Source of the DNA: Daphnia carinata
Lineage: Eukaryota
Direction of reading: 5' to 3'
NCBI RefSeq assembly: GCF_022539665.2
Contig: NC_081331.1
Location: 5,084,001-5,148,000 of the forward strand
DNA: 64,000 bases
Shown piece after piece: positions 60,621-64,000 of the stretch; positions within the stretch are counted from its first letter, which is position 1, and the number at the start of each line of letters is the position of its first letter. The notes beneath the pieces are model-generated. The model ran no database searches, had not been told where the DNA came from, and was given only the letters and a program-made list of their open reading frames with translations. The position numbers and the translations under genes are program-made.

Positions 60621-61735
60621 TTAAAGTGCCCCTGCGCATGGGCCGGAAACGTTGGATGGGTAATCGCAATTGCCCGTTGTTGGGTTAAAGACTAGATTAC
60701 TTGGACAGAACTGCGACGGAAGAAAACAGAATTTTTATTAATGATTTTAACTTTACCGAATTTCCTTTAGGTCTTACGTAGAGATACGCGATGCCGTTGG
60801 AGCACATGTAGAAGGTATTGCAGTTACTCGGGTTAGGATAAGCGCCATTATCCTGGCAATCGAACGGAACATCAGTGGGGGTTGTCGTCGTCGAAATCCT
60901 TGTGGGAGTCGTTGTCGTTAGAGTCATTGTCGTCGTTGGAGTCATTGTCGTCGTAGTAGTCGATTCTGCTGTTTTTGAAAAACTACCACTCAGTCTCATT
61001 TTAGGGGAGAAAATTTTTTTACTTAATAACTCACTCTTGCAAGGGGCGGTGGATGACGATGTGCACACATTGGTGCTGGGTTCAAATACTGAAGCTCCAG
61101 CACAAACCTGAAATTATAATAGAAAATAACCATATTTATCGTAATGTGAACACTTTTTGAAGTTTCTCAGACCGCGAGCAGTGAAAAAGTGAGTTACCAT
61201 TGCAACGGGAGAGCCAGTAGCACAAGAATAATAATCCTCGGTGCATTCCTAAATGATTTGAAATTAATTAACCGACAAGATTATTAGAGCAGAATCACTT
61301 AGTACTTACCTTTCCAGGAACAGGGTAGTTGCCAGTGCCGGGACAGACGAAGGTTGTATTAGCAGTTTTCTCTACTACAAGATCCTGTTCAATTAGATGC
61401 TGGTAAAACGGCGAGAAAAAAAAACAAAAAAAAGTTATTATCGGTTAAGGATAAGTTCCCCAGATTGGTATTCGATAAAAGTGTCCTTCACGACCAAAAG
61501 TGGGAACGCTATTTAGGTGGAATCTGTGCGTCAACCTTACGCAACAATTTTACTTTTCATCTTAACAATACCTTTGGGTTAAAGAAAGTCCGCCGAGAAG
61601 TGACTCCTGTTCCTAGGCACAATAGGGCTCCTAAAATTGAATTCATGATTAGCTACTAAAGGAAAGTTGTCAATGAAATGAAATTTTTAACATACCAAAT
61701 AGGTACAAAATGCGTACTTGGACGGATGGCAACAT
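60621..61735 (-). CDS. Peritrophin-like protein: two CBM14 domains joined by a Thr-rich mucin-like linker
   Basis: FVCPGTGNYP..ECTEDYYSC...VCAGASVFEP...C; TTTTMTPTTTMTLTTT linker; FDCQDNGAYPNPSNCNTFYMC...FCPSNLVFNPTTGNCDYPSNV. Confidence 0.85.
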
Positions 61736-61798
61736 GGTGGTGAAATTAAGAATTCTCGTGAACTGAATCTGGCGATAGTTTCACGGCTCCTGGTTTTC

Positions 61799-61836
61799 AA
61801 CTGATCGACGGCTATTTAAGAAGCTGCATTTATACA
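61799..61836 (-). promoter_or_regulatory. TATA box plus Initiator of the peritrophin gene
   Basis: Minus-strand TATAAA (~61834-61829) lies about 30 nt upstream of TCAGTT (~61804-61799), ~65 nt before the ATG. Confidence 0.55.
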
Positions 61837-62738
61837 GCTAAGACCGGTACAAACAAAAACGGGAATCGGGATTTTTTTCAAATCGGAGGCAAGATTAACT
61901 TTTAATCCCCTTATCTCAAGGAAAGGTATGCGTCAATCTGAGGCAGTTTTTTCAAGGTTTGCGTTGCGTGTAAGCTACTGGTATCCAATTACAACAGCCT
62001 CGTCACGGAAATTTCCGAACGGGATCTAGGGAAAAGAATTTAGGGATAGCATTTAATGCTTGTGCATTGCAACATGTCCTTCGCTAGGATTATACCCTTG
62101 ATAAATTATCAAACAGTATAATCACAACGAATAAAGTATACAGCAGCTTTGTCAGTTTATTACTTACAATTTCCAGCGCAACGCTCCGAATTATATTTTT
62201 TCCATGTCAACAATTTTATCCTTAGGCAATGTTGCAAAATCTGTAAAGCCACCAGGTTTTACCGGTGAAGGTAGACAAACGTCACCAGCTTCACTTGAAC
62301 ATCCGGATTGCAACGACAAATTTTACTGCTTCTTGCTGCCTGCAATTTGTCACACCAAAACTCCAAATGGTGTTAATCAAGAGATTATCCACAACATTTT
62401 GCGCGGTGAATTTATTAGTAAAAACTTTAAAGTGGAAAGATCACGGCAATTCATTCGTGTAACACGAATTAAAATGTCAGACCATTCCCATGTTAGTTGG
62501 ATGATTATGTACACCTAAAGAGAAAAAAAAATTAAATTAGAAAATGTACAGTTCTTCCATCCGTGTATACTCAAAGGTACGTTGCTTATAGCAATTTCGC
62601 CAACCAATCGAAATTCGACGAAGAAAAATTTTTTTAAGTGAAATAACACAGAATTTTAGAATGTAAACATGCCAAATCATCTGAAGATAATTCGTGAATT
62701 TCCATGTTACTGTTTGGGCTAGTTCACGCTCCCGAGGT

Positions 62739-64000
62739 TTACTTTTCGTTTTCAGACCTTTTCTTGTAACTCTAAATAACGTGAAAAAGAAATTAGACGA
62801 TTTTGTGAAAACAACAACTTGGTTATAATATTATTACAGCAGTTTTCTTTAAATCGGTCAGTACGGTAACTTTGCTCCGTTCCTGGTGTAATTGATTGGT
62901 CACGATTTCTAGCTCAGCCATCAACTCATCTTTGACTTTAGAAATTTTATCCATTTCGACAAGGAGTTGGGCCTTTTCTTTCACTAAACACTCCGAAATT
63001 AAAATATATTATAGATAGCTGCACAATAACTAAATACAATCAGCACCATACTTTCTCCTTGAAGTAAGATTCCACAAAGCTTCTTGTTGCGGGTTTTAAC
63101 GTTGAGCAACTCTTCACGCAGTCTGTCATTTTCCGACCGAAGACTTTCTATTTCGATATTTTTTTGACTCAATTCTTCGTGGAGCTGAGCTAGCCGTGGT
63201 TGCTCAACATGAACAGCCTCCAAATTACAAGTCAAAATTTCATTTATGGGGCTTGTAAAGGAATGAATGATTTTTGTTTGCTTTTTTTTTTTACCTCCTT
63301 AGCTTTTTTTGTATTCTTTGAAGATTCATTTTTTTTCTTCTCCTTGTTAATAATTTTTTTTGCCTCATCTGCAACTTCTTCAAAGAAATGCTCTTCTCCA
63401 ATGATTTTTCCATTAATTCCTTGATGTGCTGGGGCTTCTCGAGGAGATTCCTAAAGAAAGACATAAATATATACCACTTGTACGACTGCCTAAGATACAG
63501 GAATACAAAATCTCACCTGTGGGCCCTGTTTGAATTGATCAAGAGACATGGTAGTGGCCCCTTTATTTTTATTATTTCCCGCTTTCTTCTTATTAGATGG
63601 TTTGTTGTTTACATCTTCTTTTTCTGACAGTTTAGTGGCTTCTCCACTATTTGCCTCAAAATCTACTTTCGAAGCCATTATTGCCTCTTTGAGTTGTGCC
63701 TCAAAATCATCATCAACAAATTCCTGATCTTTCTGTTTCCATTCTTTAAAGTTAGATGAGACTTCATTTCCAGCAGGTTTCTTAATAGGGGCAGAAGATT
63801 TTCTGGGTTTGCTTCCACCAAACGCCAAAGATTTCAGCTGAAAAGCAAGAATTGCATGGATAAGGTATGTAGTTCCAAAAGTTGTATTAATTGTCTCTGA
63901 CTTAATCAAATATACACAGCCTCCATACCTCTGCCTTTTCTTGGGCAGCCTTCATCTTCTTTGCAGCATTCTTTTCTGAATTCAATTTTACTTTTCCAGA
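62739..64000 (-). CDS. GKAP1: G kinase-anchoring protein 1-like, 3' part (5' end outside the window)
   Basis: WKQKDQEFVDDDFEAQLKEAIMASK, GATTMSLDQF, coiled coil ELLNVKTRNKKLCGILLQGE-MKEKAQLLVE...LHQERSKV. Confidence 0.85.

Overview
Gene-dense eukaryotic DNA with many 55-90 nt GT-AG introns. The architecture and gene content suggest a branchiopod crustacean such as Daphnia (inference). In order: a double-domain heme peroxidase (DBLOX/CG10211-type); two MARVEL-domain genes, the second with mutually exclusive exons; and cytoplasmic alanyl-tRNA synthetase, which hosts an intronic C/D snoRNA and is extended in frame by an eEF1Bgamma/ValRS-type GST domain. Next come an inverted third MARVEL paralog missing from the ORF track, a 3x chitin-binding protein, a LOTUS-Tudor (TDRD5/Tejas-like) gene, Pin1, glutamine synthetase and FBXL6. 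A 7 kb nest of palindromic mobile DNA follows: a 4.65 kb foldback element with a structured core and tRNA-like heads, plus a P-like MITE. The window ends with a Piwi/Aubergine gene, a Harbinger-type MITE, a peritrophin and the 3' part of GKAP1. The best candidates for novelty are the switchable AlaRS-GST fusion and the foldback element next to the Piwi gene. All gene models were assembled by eye from splice signals and protein motifs.
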